Positions 7,430-16,928 of a stretch of DNA of 50,209 nt are shown piece after piece; position 1 is the first letter of the stretch, and each line of letters opens with the position of its first letter. The stretch covers positions 1 to 50,209 of the IMG/VR virus record IMGVR_UViG_3300027373_000004; one strand, written 5' to 3'. The position numbers and the translations under genes were made by a program. Origin of the DNA: a virus. Lineage: Duplodnaviria > Caudoviricetes. The notes below the pieces were generated by a model. It was given only the letters and a program-made list of their open reading frames with translations. It made no database searches and was not told where the DNA came from.

Positions 7430-8851
7430 ATGCACTCGCTTCTCGCTGGTCAGTCTTATCGCCGGGTCGGCAACAGTGGCAGCCGGGGTCCGGAGTGGCA
7501 GGGGCCGTGCCCGGTCTGCGGCGGTCGGGATAGGTTCCACCTCTGGCCGGAGCAGGGGGCTGGAACCTTCTGGTGCCGAATGTGCGAGAAGGGCGGCGAC
7601 TTGGTCGAGTACTACCGCTGGAAAGACGGCCTCAGCTACCGCGATGCCTGCGCCCGGGCCGGGGTCGATGCCCGCACCTATGCGCCGCAGAGCGCCCCGA
7701 CCGCGCGGGCTGTCGGCAGTGTCGCCAGCTTTGTGCCGCGGCAGGCGGATCCGGCCGCGCCGGTCTGGTCCGAGCATGCCGCCAAGTTCGCCGACTGGTG
7801 CCATGTCCAGCTGCTCAACACCCCGACCCAGTTGGCCTGGCTGGCGGCGCGCGGCATTGATGCCGGCCTGGTCGCCCGTTTCGGCCTGGGCTGGAATCCG
7901 GCCGACACCTGGCGGGCGCGGGAGGCTTTGGGCCTGCCGACCTTGCTCAACACCTCCACCGGCAAGCCGAAGAAACTGTGGCTGCCCCAGGGCCTGGTCA
8001 TCCCGCAGTATATCGGCGGCACGGTCGCCCGCCTGCGGATCCGCCGACCCAACGGCGAGCCGAAATACTACGTGGTCCCAGGCTCGGGCCAGGAACCCTT
8101 TGTCACCGAGGAGAGCAACGCCTATGTGGTCGTGGAATCGGAGTTGGACGCGATATCCCTGGCTGGTGCGGCCTTGGGATTGGCGGGGGTTGTCGCTATG
8201 GGCAATTCAACGGCTAAACCGACTGCGGCCCTCTGGAAGCTCCTCCAGCGCGCGGTCCATGTCTCGGTGTCGCTCGACAGCGATGAGCCTAAAAAAAACC
8301 AACAGACGGGCAAAATGGAGGCCCCAGGGGCCTCCGCATCGCGCTGGTGGCTGGCCAATGTGCCCACCGCTGAGCGGGTGCCGGTAATCGGCGGCAAGGA
8401 TCCTGGCGAGGCGTATAAAGCCGGGGTCGACCTCCGCGCCTGGGTGTTGGCTGGTCTGCCTCCCCGGTTCCACCTCAAGGAGCGGATGGCGCGTGGTGCG
8501 GAGCCGCCAGCCGAGACATCCGTTCCCAAATCCGCGCCGCTCGTCTCGGAAAAGCCGGAAATCGTCTCACCCCAGGCCTCAAACGATGTCGAAAAACAAG
8601 AACCCGACGTCAATCACCGCATCATCACCCTGATCGATGGCCGGGAAATCAACATCACCGACAGCCGCGCTCTGTGGGATGAGCTCACCGCCGCCGGCGA
8701 AATCGTGTTCAGCGAGCAGGAGCTGTTCCGCCTCCAGGCCGCCTGCGCGGGCATGACTCCGGATGAAAGCGCCGCCGCAGCCATGCAGGTGGTGGATATG
8801 AAAGAAATATTTCAGGGCGCCTATGTGCGGCGGGGAGAGGTAACCGCTTGA
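7430..8851 (+). CDS. DNA primase (zinc ribbon + TOPRIM-like)
   Basis: GPCPVCGGRDRF...FWCRMC, VVVESELDA, DSD, GGKDPGE; GGAG RBS before 7430. Confidence 0.9.
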   Translation: MHSLLAGQSYRRVGNSGSRGPEWQGPCPVCGGRDRFHLWPEQGAGTFWCRMCEKGGDLVEYYRWKDGLSYRDACARAGVDARTYAPQSAPTARAVGSVASFVPRQADPAAPVWSEHAAKFADWCHVQLLNTPTQLAWLAARGIDAGLVARFGLGWNPADTWRAREALGLPTLLNTSTGKPKKLWLPQGLVIPQYIGGTVARLRIRRPNGEPKYYVVPGSGQEPFVTEESNAYVVVESELDAISLAGAALGLAGVVAMGNSTAKPTAALWKLLQRAVHVSVSLDSDEPKKNQQTGKMEAPGASASRWWLANVPTAERVPVIGGKDPGEAYKAGVDLRAWVLAGLPPRFHLKERMARGAEPPAETSVPKSAPLVSEKPEIVSPQASNDVEKQEPDVNHRIITLIDGREINITDSRALWDELTAAGEIVFSEQELFRLQAACAGMTPDESAAAAMQVVDMKEIFQGAYVRRGEVTA

Positions 8852-9513
8852 TGCAGATCACCCACAAAAAACCCGCCACCCTCATCGAGCAGGCCTCGCC
8901 CTGCTCTACCGCCGGCGTGGCTCCGGATGATGAGCAGCCAGATGAAAACCAGGAAGATATCTTCGCCACCCGCCTCGATGCCTGGCAGTATCTCCAGGAC
9001 TCGGGCTGGCAGATCGGGCGCTCGCAGTTTTACCAGCACTGCAAGGAAGGGCGGCTGCTGCGGGACCGCAAAACCGGCAAGTATCTGCAGGCCGCGGTCG
9101 ATAAATACGCGGCGCTCCACTGCCGCCTGGCCGAGACCGGGGAGAAGGTCGATGGCAAGCTCAGCCGGATGGCCGAGGACAAGGCCACCACCGAACTGCA
9201 ACGGGAAAAGGTCCGCCTGGAGCGGGAGCAGCACGAACTGGCGGTGCGCAAGGGCGAGTATGTCCAGCGCGATGAGGTCGAGTTGATGATTATCGGCCGG
9301 GCGGTCGCCATGCTCGCCCATCTCAAGGCCATGACCCAGATGCGGAGCGGCGACTGGATCGAGCTGGTGGAGGGCAAGCAGGAACGGGCCCAGGAGTTGA
9401 TCATCGCCATTAACAACTCCATCGAGGAGCACCTCGTCGCCTTTGCCCGTGATGTCGAGTTCGATGTCATCCTCGAGCGCAACGGGTCGAGGGGCGAGAG
9501 GGAAGAATCATGA
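8851..9513 (+). CDS. Terminase small subunit (Nu1-like)
   Basis: wHTH-like N-terminal part plus LQREKVRLEREQHELAVRKGEYVQRDEVE, typical of TerS partners of gpA. Confidence 0.7.
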   Translation: MQITHKKPATLIEQASPCSTAGVAPDDEQPDENQEDIFATRLDAWQYLQDSGWQIGRSQFYQHCKEGRLLRDRKTGKYLQAAVDKYAALHCRLAETGEKVDGKLSRMAEDKATTELQREKVRLEREQHELAVRKGEYVQRDEVELMIIGRAVAMLAHLKAMTQMRSGDWIELVEGKQERAQELIIAINNSIEEHLVAFARDVEFDVILERNGSRGEREES

Positions 9514-9620
9514 ACAACGCGGCCGCCAAACAGCGGGATCCGGAAGGCAGCGAGGGAATAGTTTCCCTGGAGACCTGCGCTGCCGATCGGCAACACACCA
9601 GCGAGGGGATAGGGATCTCG

Positions 9621-9652
9621 TATAATAAAATCATCACTATCACTGATAGTGA
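9621..9652 (+). promoter_or_regulatory. TATAAT box followed by a perfect 19-bp palindrome (operator-like)
   Basis: TATAAT 9621-9626; TCACTATCA-C-TGATAGTGA 9634-9652. Confidence 0.45.
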
Positions 9653-9740
9653 AATCGCTAAAAATAATCGATTGGCGCTGTTGGCGGATATCTATAGCCG
9701 GCGTTCAGCTATGAAAAAAACACGGGAAACGGAGGACACA

Positions 9741-10814
9741 ATGGCAAAAGGAAAAACAGCGAGTTGCGATGGTTGCGGGCGGGACAAGCTCAATCTCTCC
9801 AGCTGTAGCGGTGATGTGGTCTGCAGTAGTTGCGCCGCCATGTACGGGGCAATCAATAACCGCCTGCCAACCCTGGCGGCGGCGATCAAGCGCCTGGGTA
9901 AGGCGGATGAATTAGCGGGTCTGCTTGGCAGTAAAGCTGCCGTTGAGGTCGACACAGCTGCGATGATCAAGGCTGTGGAGACGGCTGAGCGGGAGAGAGA
10001 CCGCTACCAGACCTTAGCGGATGGCAGGCTGATGTTGCTAGAGGAGATCGCCGAGGCGGTTGGGTATGCCTTCGATGATCGATGGGACGGATTGGTTGAA
10101 GCGGTGGCCAACCTGGAATCCGACCGTAACAGGTTGCTGTTGGAATGCCCGCCAAGGAATCTCACCATGGCCCTTGGCCTGCCGGAAGATGCGCTCTGGT
10201 CAGTGGTGGAGTATGCCGCCATCCAAACCGCCGCCCTGCTCGAGTATTACCAGGTCGCAAGCGTGGTGCAGGCGGTGGAAAGGTCTGGCCAACCTCAGGA
10301 GCAAGACTGGCTGCTTCGTCTGCGCGATCTCCTCGGTATGCCGGTGAGCCGACCGGGAGAGTTGGTTGATGCGGTGGTTTCAAAAATTGAGGAAGGGGAC
10401 GTGGCTATAAGCCAGCTCGAAGCCATCCGCCAATCATCCGTCGTTACCGATCCTAGCTCCGACCTGGTGGCCGATGTTTTGAATAAGATAGCTTCCCGAG
10501 ACCGGCTCCTGGAAATGTGCGAACGCTTCGCAGCCGAGAAAAATATCCTCGCCGACCGTGTCTCAGAACTGGAAACCGCGCAAGCAGTCCATGAGCAGGT
10601 ACTGGAGCAGATCGGCGAGGTTGTCCACTGCGAGGGCTGCCACCCCGGAGAGCTGCCGTCCCGCGTTGCCTCCGCCCTGGTCGGCGGACCGCTGCTCCCG
10701 CAACCTACCTCCGTCACTCATCCTTGCCCCCTCGACAGCCACCTCCTCGACCTGGTGCTCGAGTTTCCTGGAATCCCCCTGGATCGGATCGCGTTGATTC
10801 GGGAGGCGGTGTGA
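9741..10814 (+). CDS. Hypothetical protein, N-terminal C4 zinc finger + coiled coil (frame is open from 9510)
   Basis: GGAGG RBS before MAKGKTASCDGC...CSSC. Confidence 0.7.
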   Translation: MAKGKTASCDGCGRDKLNLSSCSGDVVCSSCAAMYGAINNRLPTLAAAIKRLGKADELAGLLGSKAAVEVDTAAMIKAVETAERERDRYQTLADGRLMLLEEIAEAVGYAFDDRWDGLVEAVANLESDRNRLLLECPPRNLTMALGLPEDALWSVVEYAAIQTAALLEYYQVASVVQAVERSGQPQEQDWLLRLRDLLGMPVSRPGELVDAVVSKIEEGDVAISQLEAIRQSSVVTDPSSDLVADVLNKIASRDRLLEMCERFAAEKNILADRVSELETAQAVHEQVLEQIGEVVHCEGCHPGELPSRVASALVGGPLLPQPTSVTHPCPLDSHLLDLVLEFPGIPLDRIALIREAV

Positions 10815-11146
10815 TGGAAACAGTCAGCCTCAAAAACGAAGTTTACTCCAGGTTTCCGCTCCATCCCCAAGCTCTGCGGGGCAAACTGGTGTTTGGAAAT
10901 ATCGAGCAGATCAAGGCGTTGCGCAAGTATGAACAACAGATAGCCGAGTTTGATGATCCTGAGATGCGGGAGTGGATCGTTGACATATCGGTTTCATACG
11001 ATGAGCGGGTGCGCGTGTTTGCCATATCAGAAGAGGAGGCGGTCGAGAAAGCGTCGCGCGAGTTTGAATATGACGCCTTAGATGTCGATTACAATGCAAA
11101 CGTCGCGACAAGAAAAAGTGGAACCATGATCCTGGGGGCGGGGTGA
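10814..11146 (+). CDS. Hypothetical protein
   Basis: TGATG coupling; GGAGG RBS; METVSLKNEVYSRF... Confidence 0.65.
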   Translation: METVSLKNEVYSRFPLHPQALRGKLVFGNIEQIKALRKYEQQIAEFDDPEMREWIVDISVSYDERVRVFAISEEEAVEKASREFEYDALDVDYNANVATRKSGTMILGAG

Positions 11147-11310
11147 TGGCCGGCGCCCACGAAACACCCCACCTCTGCGCAAGCTGCGGTTGCGAGATAG
11201 ACGACGCCTCGTTCGGGCTCTGTGCCCGCTGCGAGGAAAAAATACAGGACGCGGACACGGCCTGGAAACAAACAACAAACCAAAAAGAGGAAAACCATGC
11301 ACGCCGATGA
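11146..11310 (+). CDS. Small C4 zinc-finger protein (54 aa)
   Basis: MAGAHETPHLCASCGCEIDDASFGLCARCEEK...; TGATG coupling. Confidence 0.55.
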   Translation: MAGAHETPHLCASCGCEIDDASFGLCARCEEKIQDADTAWKQTTNQKEENHARR

Positions 11311-11737
11311 GTTTAACGAGATCGCCGAGGCCAGGATCGCCCATTGCCGCTCTATCCTGATCGTCAAGGGAAAGGAATACAGCCGGGATGGCGACCGCCT
11401 CCACAATTTTAAAACAGCCGCCGCCATCGATGGCGAGACCCCGGAGCAAGCACTGTGGGGCATGGCCAAAAAACACGTGGTCAGTGTCCGCGATATGGTC
11501 AATGATATCGAGCGCGGCATCGTGCCCAGCCGCAAGATGCTGGACGAAAAGATAACCGATTGGATCAATTACGGCCTGCTCCTGGAGGGCCTGGTTGAAG
11601 AGAGGCGACGAGCACTCGCACCGCCGCAGGAGGTTGAGGCGGCCGCTGTTTCTTGCGACAGAGCGCACTTGCCCTCCGAAGCGCTCGTTAACCTCTGCTG
11701 CCGTCAAAACATACCAACCGGGCGCACCAGTGTTTAA
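11297..11737 (+). CDS. All-alpha NTP-pyrophosphohydrolase-like protein (Nmad1/DUF1599-like)
   Basis: KGKEYS...DRLHNF...KKH...EKITDWINYGLLL; GAGG RBS. Confidence 0.55.
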   Translation: MHADEFNEIAEARIAHCRSILIVKGKEYSRDGDRLHNFKTAAAIDGETPEQALWGMAKKHVVSVRDMVNDIERGIVPSRKMLDEKITDWINYGLLLEGLVEERRRALAPPQEVEAAAVSCDRAHLPSEALVNLCCRQNIPTGRTSV

Positions 11738-11939
11738 GCTCGCCCTGCCCGTGGATGGATGCCGCACTGGTCGGCTGGGTCAGTTGCCGGTGGACGCTGA
11801 CTACATGGCCGACGTCAAGGCCCGCGCCCGGATGCTGGCCAGGGCCTGCCGTCTGACCGATGGCGAACCGCCTCCACAGCCTGAGCAAGCTGAAGCACCG
11901 GTGGCAGCAAATGTTAACAAAAAAGAAGATCAGGAGTAG
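11730..11939 (+). CDS. Hypothetical protein
   Basis: GTG start overlapping the previous stop; fills the operon gap. Confidence 0.4.
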   Translation: MFKLALPVDGCRTGRLGQLPVDADYMADVKARARMLARACRLTDGEPPPQPEQAEAPVAANVNKKEDQE

Positions 11940-11941
11940 AT

Positions 11942-12598
11942 ATGAGCTATCGGGTGTTTTTTTCGTTTTCAACCGGGTTGTCTGGTCCCATCACAGCCCC
12001 TAAAGGAACGATCGAGCGCATAATGGATCATGTTGCCTCGGTCGAGTCGACCCTCGGCATAGAGAAAACGCAATATAAAGACAATCCGCCGCGATGGAAA
12101 AGCACTCTGCCCAAAGACGGTGTGGACAATAAAACTTTTTGCGTCGTCGCCGAGGACCATAACGATTTTGTCCGCGAATTATACGATTCCTTTGCATCAT
12201 GGTACGAAAAACCGTCGACCGATGGCGAAGTAATTACCCCTGAAGACGCCAAAAAATTCTGGCACGGCTTGCAGCTGATCACGGTTCCGCCAGAGCTCTG
12301 GACCCGTGAGTATTATGTGGCCAGGATGGAATCCTTGTATGAGGTTATGCGGGGAAGAGAAAGCGAAGGGGTCTCTTTTAACGAAAAGCCGCTGAGCCAG
12401 AGACAGGCTGCTCAGGTAATCAACCTGTTTAGTTTCTACCTGGATGTTCACGATTGCCGGCTGGACGTGCCCAAGGGGACCGATTATCTCGCGTCATCCT
12501 ACGATGGCGGCTATGTGTGGTGTGATAAATGCGGGGCGGTCACGGCAGAACACGCGGATGCCTGCAAAAAACGTGGCTGCCCGGCGAGGGAGGATTGA
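11942..12598 (+). CDS. Hypothetical protein with C-terminal Cys cluster
   Basis: 218 aa; AGGAG RBS; CDKC...HADACKKRGC. Confidence 0.75.
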   Translation: MSYRVFFSFSTGLSGPITAPKGTIERIMDHVASVESTLGIEKTQYKDNPPRWKSTLPKDGVDNKTFCVVAEDHNDFVRELYDSFASWYEKPSTDGEVITPEDAKKFWHGLQLITVPPELWTREYYVARMESLYEVMRGRESEGVSFNEKPLSQRQAAQVINLFSFYLDVHDCRLDVPKGTDYLASSYDGGYVWCDKCGAVTAEHADACKKRGCPARED

Positions 12599-12666
12599 TG
12601 ATCCAGCAAACCCTCCACCCTTTTCTCCGCGGACTCATGGGAAACCCGACAATCACCCCTCGCCAA

Positions 12667-12695
12667 GTTGGGTTTCGTGTCTCAACCCAACCTAC
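12667..12695 (-). repeat. GTAG-family REP-like palindrome
   Basis: Minus strand reads GTAG-GTTGGGTT-GAGACACGA-AACCCAAC. Confidence 0.6.
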
Positions 12696-12739
12696 GGAAA
12701 TTAATAACTTAAAGGCCTTGATAGGCTCGGAGAGTAGCG

Positions 12740-12919
12740 ATGAAAAATGAAATTCTGCTTGAACTTGCAAATAGATGGATGAGAGACGCAGACCCATCCG
12801 AAAAAGTAGAGGACGGGTCTGATGCGGCAAAAATAGGAAACGCGGTGGCTCAAGGGCATCGCGAATGCAAAAGGGAATGCGCGGATACCTTGAGATTGCT
12901 GGTTAATGTATTGGGTTAA
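12740..12919 (+). CDS. Small hypothetical protein (59 aa)
   Basis: GGAG RBS; MKNEILLELANRWMRDA...CKRECADTLRLLVNVLG. Confidence 0.6.
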   Translation: MKNEILLELANRWMRDADPSEKVEDGSDAAKIGNAVAQGHRECKRECADTLRLLVNVLG

Positions 12920-12937
12920 TAACAGAATAACACCCCC

Positions 12938-14881
12938 ATGACCATCCCCCCAACCGACCTCAGCGGCAAAACCCCAAGCGTGCGGATCCGCGCCGACATC
13001 CCCTGGTTGCCGGAGCGGTTCCGCAACCGGGGGTCGCGGATCCACATCCGCTTCCGTCCTACCGCGGGCGAGCGCCACATCTACCGCAAGAAAAAACGGG
13101 GCTTGCCGTCGGTCTGGGCCGCGAAATACCGCAAGACCACCTACGGGCCGCTCAAGGACAGCTACTACGACCCGGACTTCATGCCGCACATGAACGGCAT
13201 CATCGACACCTTCATTTTTCCATCGGTCCGGGAGCTGACCAACATCAAGGCCCCTCAGACCGGCGGCTCGGCGGGCATGGAAACCGCGATCGGCTACCTC
13301 AGCGACAACGACCCGGCCGACACCCTGATCGTCTATCCGGACCGCGACACCGCCTCCAAGCGCTGCAAGGATTACCTCCAGCCAATGTACAAGACCTCGC
13401 CGCGCCTCCGTCGCCTGATGACCGGCATGGATGACGACATGGCCTCCCTGCGAATAAAGCTCAAGACCATGCTCATTTACATGGCCTGGGCCGGCTCGGT
13501 CACCAGCATCGGTAACGTCTCGGCCAAATACCTGATTGTCGATGAGTTGGACAAATGCCCGGACCAGCCCTCCAAGAAGGAGGCCGGGTTCGAGGACCTG
13601 GTCGGCGAGCGCACCATCAGTTTCGACAAATTCGGCAGCAAGAAATGGTGGAATTCGACCCCCACCGAGGCGCCGTCCAAGATCGCCAATAAGCTCCGCG
13701 AGATGGACGTGATTTTCGACTACCACGCCGCCTGCCCGGACTGCCACACCCTGCAACTGATGGAATTCGACCGCATCGATTTCAATGGCTGCCGCGACCC
13801 CAAACAGATGCTCAAGGAGAACCTGGCCCGCTACGCCTGCGTGGCCTGCGGCAGCCTTTGGGATGACCGCAAACGGGACCAGGCGGTCCGGGCCGGGAAG
13901 CATTTCGCCCGGGACGACGGCCGCGAGCGTACCGTCTATCTCCGAGAGGTGCGCCCGGAAAAGGTGGGGTTTGTCTCACCAGCCTGGATCTCGCCGCTCA
14001 ACTCGCTGTCCAAGTGCGCCGCCGCCTTCCTCAGGGGACTCAAGGGCAAGAAGGCCCTCAACTATTTCACCACCCAGATCAAGGCCGAGGAGTTCATCCA
14101 TTACGAAAAACAGCGGGCCGAGGACGTACTCCTCAAACTCAAGGACGACCGCCCCGAGGGCCTGGTCCCCTCCGGCGGCGTAGTGGCCGCCCTGGTCTGC
14201 GGGTCGGATACCCAGGACAACGGCCATTACTACTGGATTGACGCAGTTGGCTGGGGCCTGGAGCAGGAGCGATGGCGGATCCGCGCCGGCTTTGTAGAGA
14301 CCGAGGCCGCCCTGGAGTTGGACGTGTTCGGCACCGAGTACAAGGATGTGGCCGGCAACGTCTACCCGGTGCAGCTGATGGTCAAGGATGCCATGGGCCA
14401 CCGCACCACCCAGGTCTACAACATGTGCCTACGCTGGCCGGGCCGGGTGGTGCCCTACAAGGGGGCCACCGGCCGGCGGCCGAACCCCTACACCATCACC
14501 AAGATCGACCGCTATCCGGGGACCAATGTGCCTATCCCCGGCGGCGTCACCCTCTACACCTGCGATAGCCACCATTTCAAGGATAAAGTCGCCGCCAAAC
14601 TGGCGGTCGCTGCTGGAGCTACCGGCGGCTGGCATTTTGATCAGGGAATGACCGAAGAGCAGGCCACCCACCTCTGCGCAGAGTACCGCGACGAGCGCCA
14701 CCTCTGGCAGTGCCCGAAAAACAAGCCCAACCACTACTGGGACAGCGGCGTGCTCTCGATCATCGCCTCCGACCTGTTGCAGCTCAAGTTCCGGCAGAAA
14801 CCGGAGCCGCCCCCGGCTCCAACCCCGAAAAAAGAAACCGCCAACCCCTACACCGGGGGCCGGCAGATGTTTGGGAGGTGA
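12938..14881 (+). CDS. Terminase large subunit, lambda GpA family
   Basis: Deviant Walker A KAPQTGGS, Walker B LIVDELD, STPT, CPDC/CVAC zinc motifs, DTQD nuclease motif, NHYWD. Confidence 0.95.
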   Translation: MTIPPTDLSGKTPSVRIRADIPWLPERFRNRGSRIHIRFRPTAGERHIYRKKKRGLPSVWAAKYRKTTYGPLKDSYYDPDFMPHMNGIIDTFIFPSVRELTNIKAPQTGGSAGMETAIGYLSDNDPADTLIVYPDRDTASKRCKDYLQPMYKTSPRLRRLMTGMDDDMASLRIKLKTMLIYMAWAGSVTSIGNVSAKYLIVDELDKCPDQPSKKEAGFEDLVGERTISFDKFGSKKWWNSTPTEAPSKIANKLREMDVIFDYHAACPDCHTLQLMEFDRIDFNGCRDPKQMLKENLARYACVACGSLWDDRKRDQAVRAGKHFARDDGRERTVYLREVRPEKVGFVSPAWISPLNSLSKCAAAFLRGLKGKKALNYFTTQIKAEEFIHYEKQRAEDVLLKLKDDRPEGLVPSGGVVAALVCGSDTQDNGHYYWIDAVGWGLEQERWRIRAGFVETEAALELDVFGTEYKDVAGNVYPVQLMVKDAMGHRTTQVYNMCLRWPGRVVPYKGATGRRPNPYTITKIDRYPGTNVPIPGGVTLYTCDSHHFKDKVAAKLAVAAGATGGWHFDQGMTEEQATHLCAEYRDERHLWQCPKNKPNHYWDSGVLSIIASDLLQLKFRQKPEPPPAPTPKKETANPYTGGRQMFGR

Positions 14882-14882
14882 A

Positions 14883-15338
14883 ATGGGTATGAATCTTTTA
14901 GAATTGAAAAGAGCGGTTGATGACGCTGTTGAGGCCGCAACTGAATATGGAGAGCCACTTGAAAATATATCGGTTTCGTTACAGATTGATGGCCCGACTG
15001 ACGAGTCAATTTACAGCGAAGAAGAGGTTGAGTTGCATTATGACAACGATGTACAGGCGAGTGGTTGTGTCTTGACCGCATTTGTTGATACTCCAGTAGG
15101 CGGAACTTTGCAGTGGATTCTTGTTGAAGAAACAGACTCTCCCCACGGGGTCCCAGTTTTTCTATGGAGCGAAGAATGGATTGATGATGATTTCAACCCC
15201 ACAGGAATTAGAGAAGGACATTTTGTAGAGGGGGATGGGTATACCTCTTGCGGATGGGACCCTTGCCAAGATGTTTTCACTACCGAGGAAAGATCTACGC
15301 CTACCATGTGGTCGTTTAAGATTAAACCGGAAAACTAA
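14883..15338 (+). CDS. Acidic hypothetical protein (DUF551-like C-terminus)
   Basis: GGAGG RBS; QWILVEE...P...V...PTMWS pattern. Confidence 0.65.
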   Translation: MGMNLLELKRAVDDAVEAATEYGEPLENISVSLQIDGPTDESIYSEEEVELHYDNDVQASGCVLTAFVDTPVGGTLQWILVEETDSPHGVPVFLWSEEWIDDDFNPTGIREGHFVEGDGYTSCGWDPCQDVFTTEERSTPTMWSFKIKPEN

Positions 15339-15359
15339 CGGATGTTTTTGAGGTGATAC

Positions 15360-15608
15360 GTGGTCACTAATAATCAGCGAAAATTCATCATGTTTATGTT
15401 GAAAATGAAACTCTGGAAACTTTGCGTCAGCATGCGACTGGTGCAAGTCGTGCCGTGTAAGGGAACCACCTGGCTATTAAATTGGATTCGTCGGCGGCAA
15501 AAGGTTGATGGTCTGCACCATGCACCATGTTGTCCGGCGAACCATTACCACAAAATGCGGCTGGTATTTCAGCGATGTACTTGCGGGGCAACTATTAAAG
15601 AGTCGTAG
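15360..15608 (+). CDS. Hypothetical Cys/His-rich protein
   Basis: GAGGTG RBS; HHAPCCPANHYH...CTCG. Confidence 0.55.
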   Translation: MVTNNQRKFIMFMLKMKLWKLCVSMRLVQVVPCKGTTWLLNWIRRRQKVDGLHHAPCCPANHYHKMRLVFQRCTCGATIKES

Positions 15609-15613
15609 GGCAA

Positions 15614-15910
15614 ATGAAACCATATTTTTTGCCGCTCAAAAAAGAATATTATCTCAAGTTTAAAGAAGGAACGCAAAATTGCGAGATAAGGCCGGCCGGT
15701 CACCACGGATGGAATGAAAAAAATATTTATGCGGGCCGCCAGCTTAAGCTCTCCTGCGGGTATGGAAATAACGACAGGCACTGCAGATATATAAGGACCG
15801 TAATAGTGGGCTCCTCCGATTTTGCTTTTATGGGTGTGCCTCAATGGCATATTGACGCAGTTGAATCGATTTATGGAAAGCGCGATCGATGGTTGGTTGC
15901 GTATGTTTAA
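15614..15910 (+). CDS. ASCH/PUA-like domain protein
   Basis: LPLKKEYYLKFKEGTQNCEIR...GRQLKLSCGY matches the ASCH GxKxxExR pattern (degenerate). Confidence 0.6.
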   Translation: MKPYFLPLKKEYYLKFKEGTQNCEIRPAGHHGWNEKNIYAGRQLKLSCGYGNNDRHCRYIRTVIVGSSDFAFMGVPQWHIDAVESIYGKRDRWLVAYV

Positions 15911-15921
15911 GGAGGGGTGGA

Positions 15922-16695
15922 ATGGACTTTGACATCTCCAGAAAGGGAACCGGTACCGCCGAGTGGGCCGAGGTCACGGAAAACATCTGCCGGGGTTGCC
16001 GGAACGATTGCCTCTATTGCTACGCCGCCAACAGCGCCAATCGGTTCAATTTGCGGAAACGCGAACAATGGGCAACCGAGGAGCTGACCAAGCGCGCTGA
16101 AATAACTTCATACCCTGCCCGCAATGGGGTGGTGATGTTCCCGAGCAGCCATGATATTTCGCCGTATAACCTGGAGGCATACATTCGGGTGGCAAAGTTG
16201 ATCCTCGAAAGGGGAAATCGGCTGTTGATTGTCAGTAAGCCCCGGCTCGAGTGCGTTGCTGCGATGATCCCGGCTTTCTCCGGTTTCGAAGATCAGATTC
16301 TCTTCCGCTTCACGATTGGCAGTATGGACAAAAATACTTTGAAATTTTGGGAGCCCGGAGCACCGGGGCCGATGGAAAGGCTCGAGTGTCTTGAACGCAC
16401 CTTTCTCTCCGGATTCAACACCTCGGTTTCGATCGAGCCCATAGTCGGCGGCATCATCGACGCGATCGCAGTTGTCGAAATGGTAAGGATATTCGTGTCG
16501 GAAACCATCTGGATCGGAAAAATGAATAAGGTCCGGATCAGGGTGGACAGGGCGCACGCCGAAGCGGTCAGGGAAATTGAACTGCTACAGGGCGACAATG
16601 AGATTATGGCTCTGTATCGCCACTATAAAAACGACCCCATTGTTCGCTGGAAAGACAGCATTAAGGAAGTGGTATCGAGAATGGAGGCGCGATGA
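15922..16695 (+). CDS. Radical SAM protein (SplB/DUF5131-like)
   Basis: EW...N...GCRNDCLYCYA (CxxxCxxC), VSK, EPGAP...ERL, SIEP; AAGGAGG RBS. Confidence 0.85.
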   Translation: MDFDISRKGTGTAEWAEVTENICRGCRNDCLYCYAANSANRFNLRKREQWATEELTKRAEITSYPARNGVVMFPSSHDISPYNLEAYIRVAKLILERGNRLLIVSKPRLECVAAMIPAFSGFEDQILFRFTIGSMDKNTLKFWEPGAPGPMERLECLERTFLSGFNTSVSIEPIVGGIIDAIAVVEMVRIFVSETIWIGKMNKVRIRVDRAHAEAVREIELLQGDNEIMALYRHYKNDPIVRWKDSIKEVVSRMEAR

Positions 16696-16928
16696 GCAGC
16701 CAAGCCGTGACCGTCTACCTGGTGGAGATGATCGCCAGGGCCGAGGCAGGGGTCGATTACCGGCCCCGCACCGGGGCGCTCTGCCCGGCCTGCGGCCACG
16801 CCGCCAAGATTGTCGTCACTCGCCCCTGGGTGGCCGACACCCGGATCCGTTTCCACAAGTGCCGCCACCCCGGCTGCATCCTGGCCAGTACTGGAACATC
16901 AATTAAAAGCGTTGAGGTGGAAAAATGA
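16692..16928 (+). CDS. Ogr/Delta-like zinc-finger transcriptional activator
   Basis: CPACG...RIRFHKCRHPGC...IKSVE; just upstream of the late operon. Confidence 0.7.
   Translation: MSSQAVTVYLVEMIARAEAGVDYRPRTGALCPACGHAAKIVVTRPWVADTRIRFHKCRHPGCILASTGTSIKSVEVEK

Noticed and set aside
5527-16928. P4-like satellite or PICI identity
   Set aside because: Despite P4-type replication and Ogr/Delta-like genes, the element encodes its own complete head, tail and lysis genes
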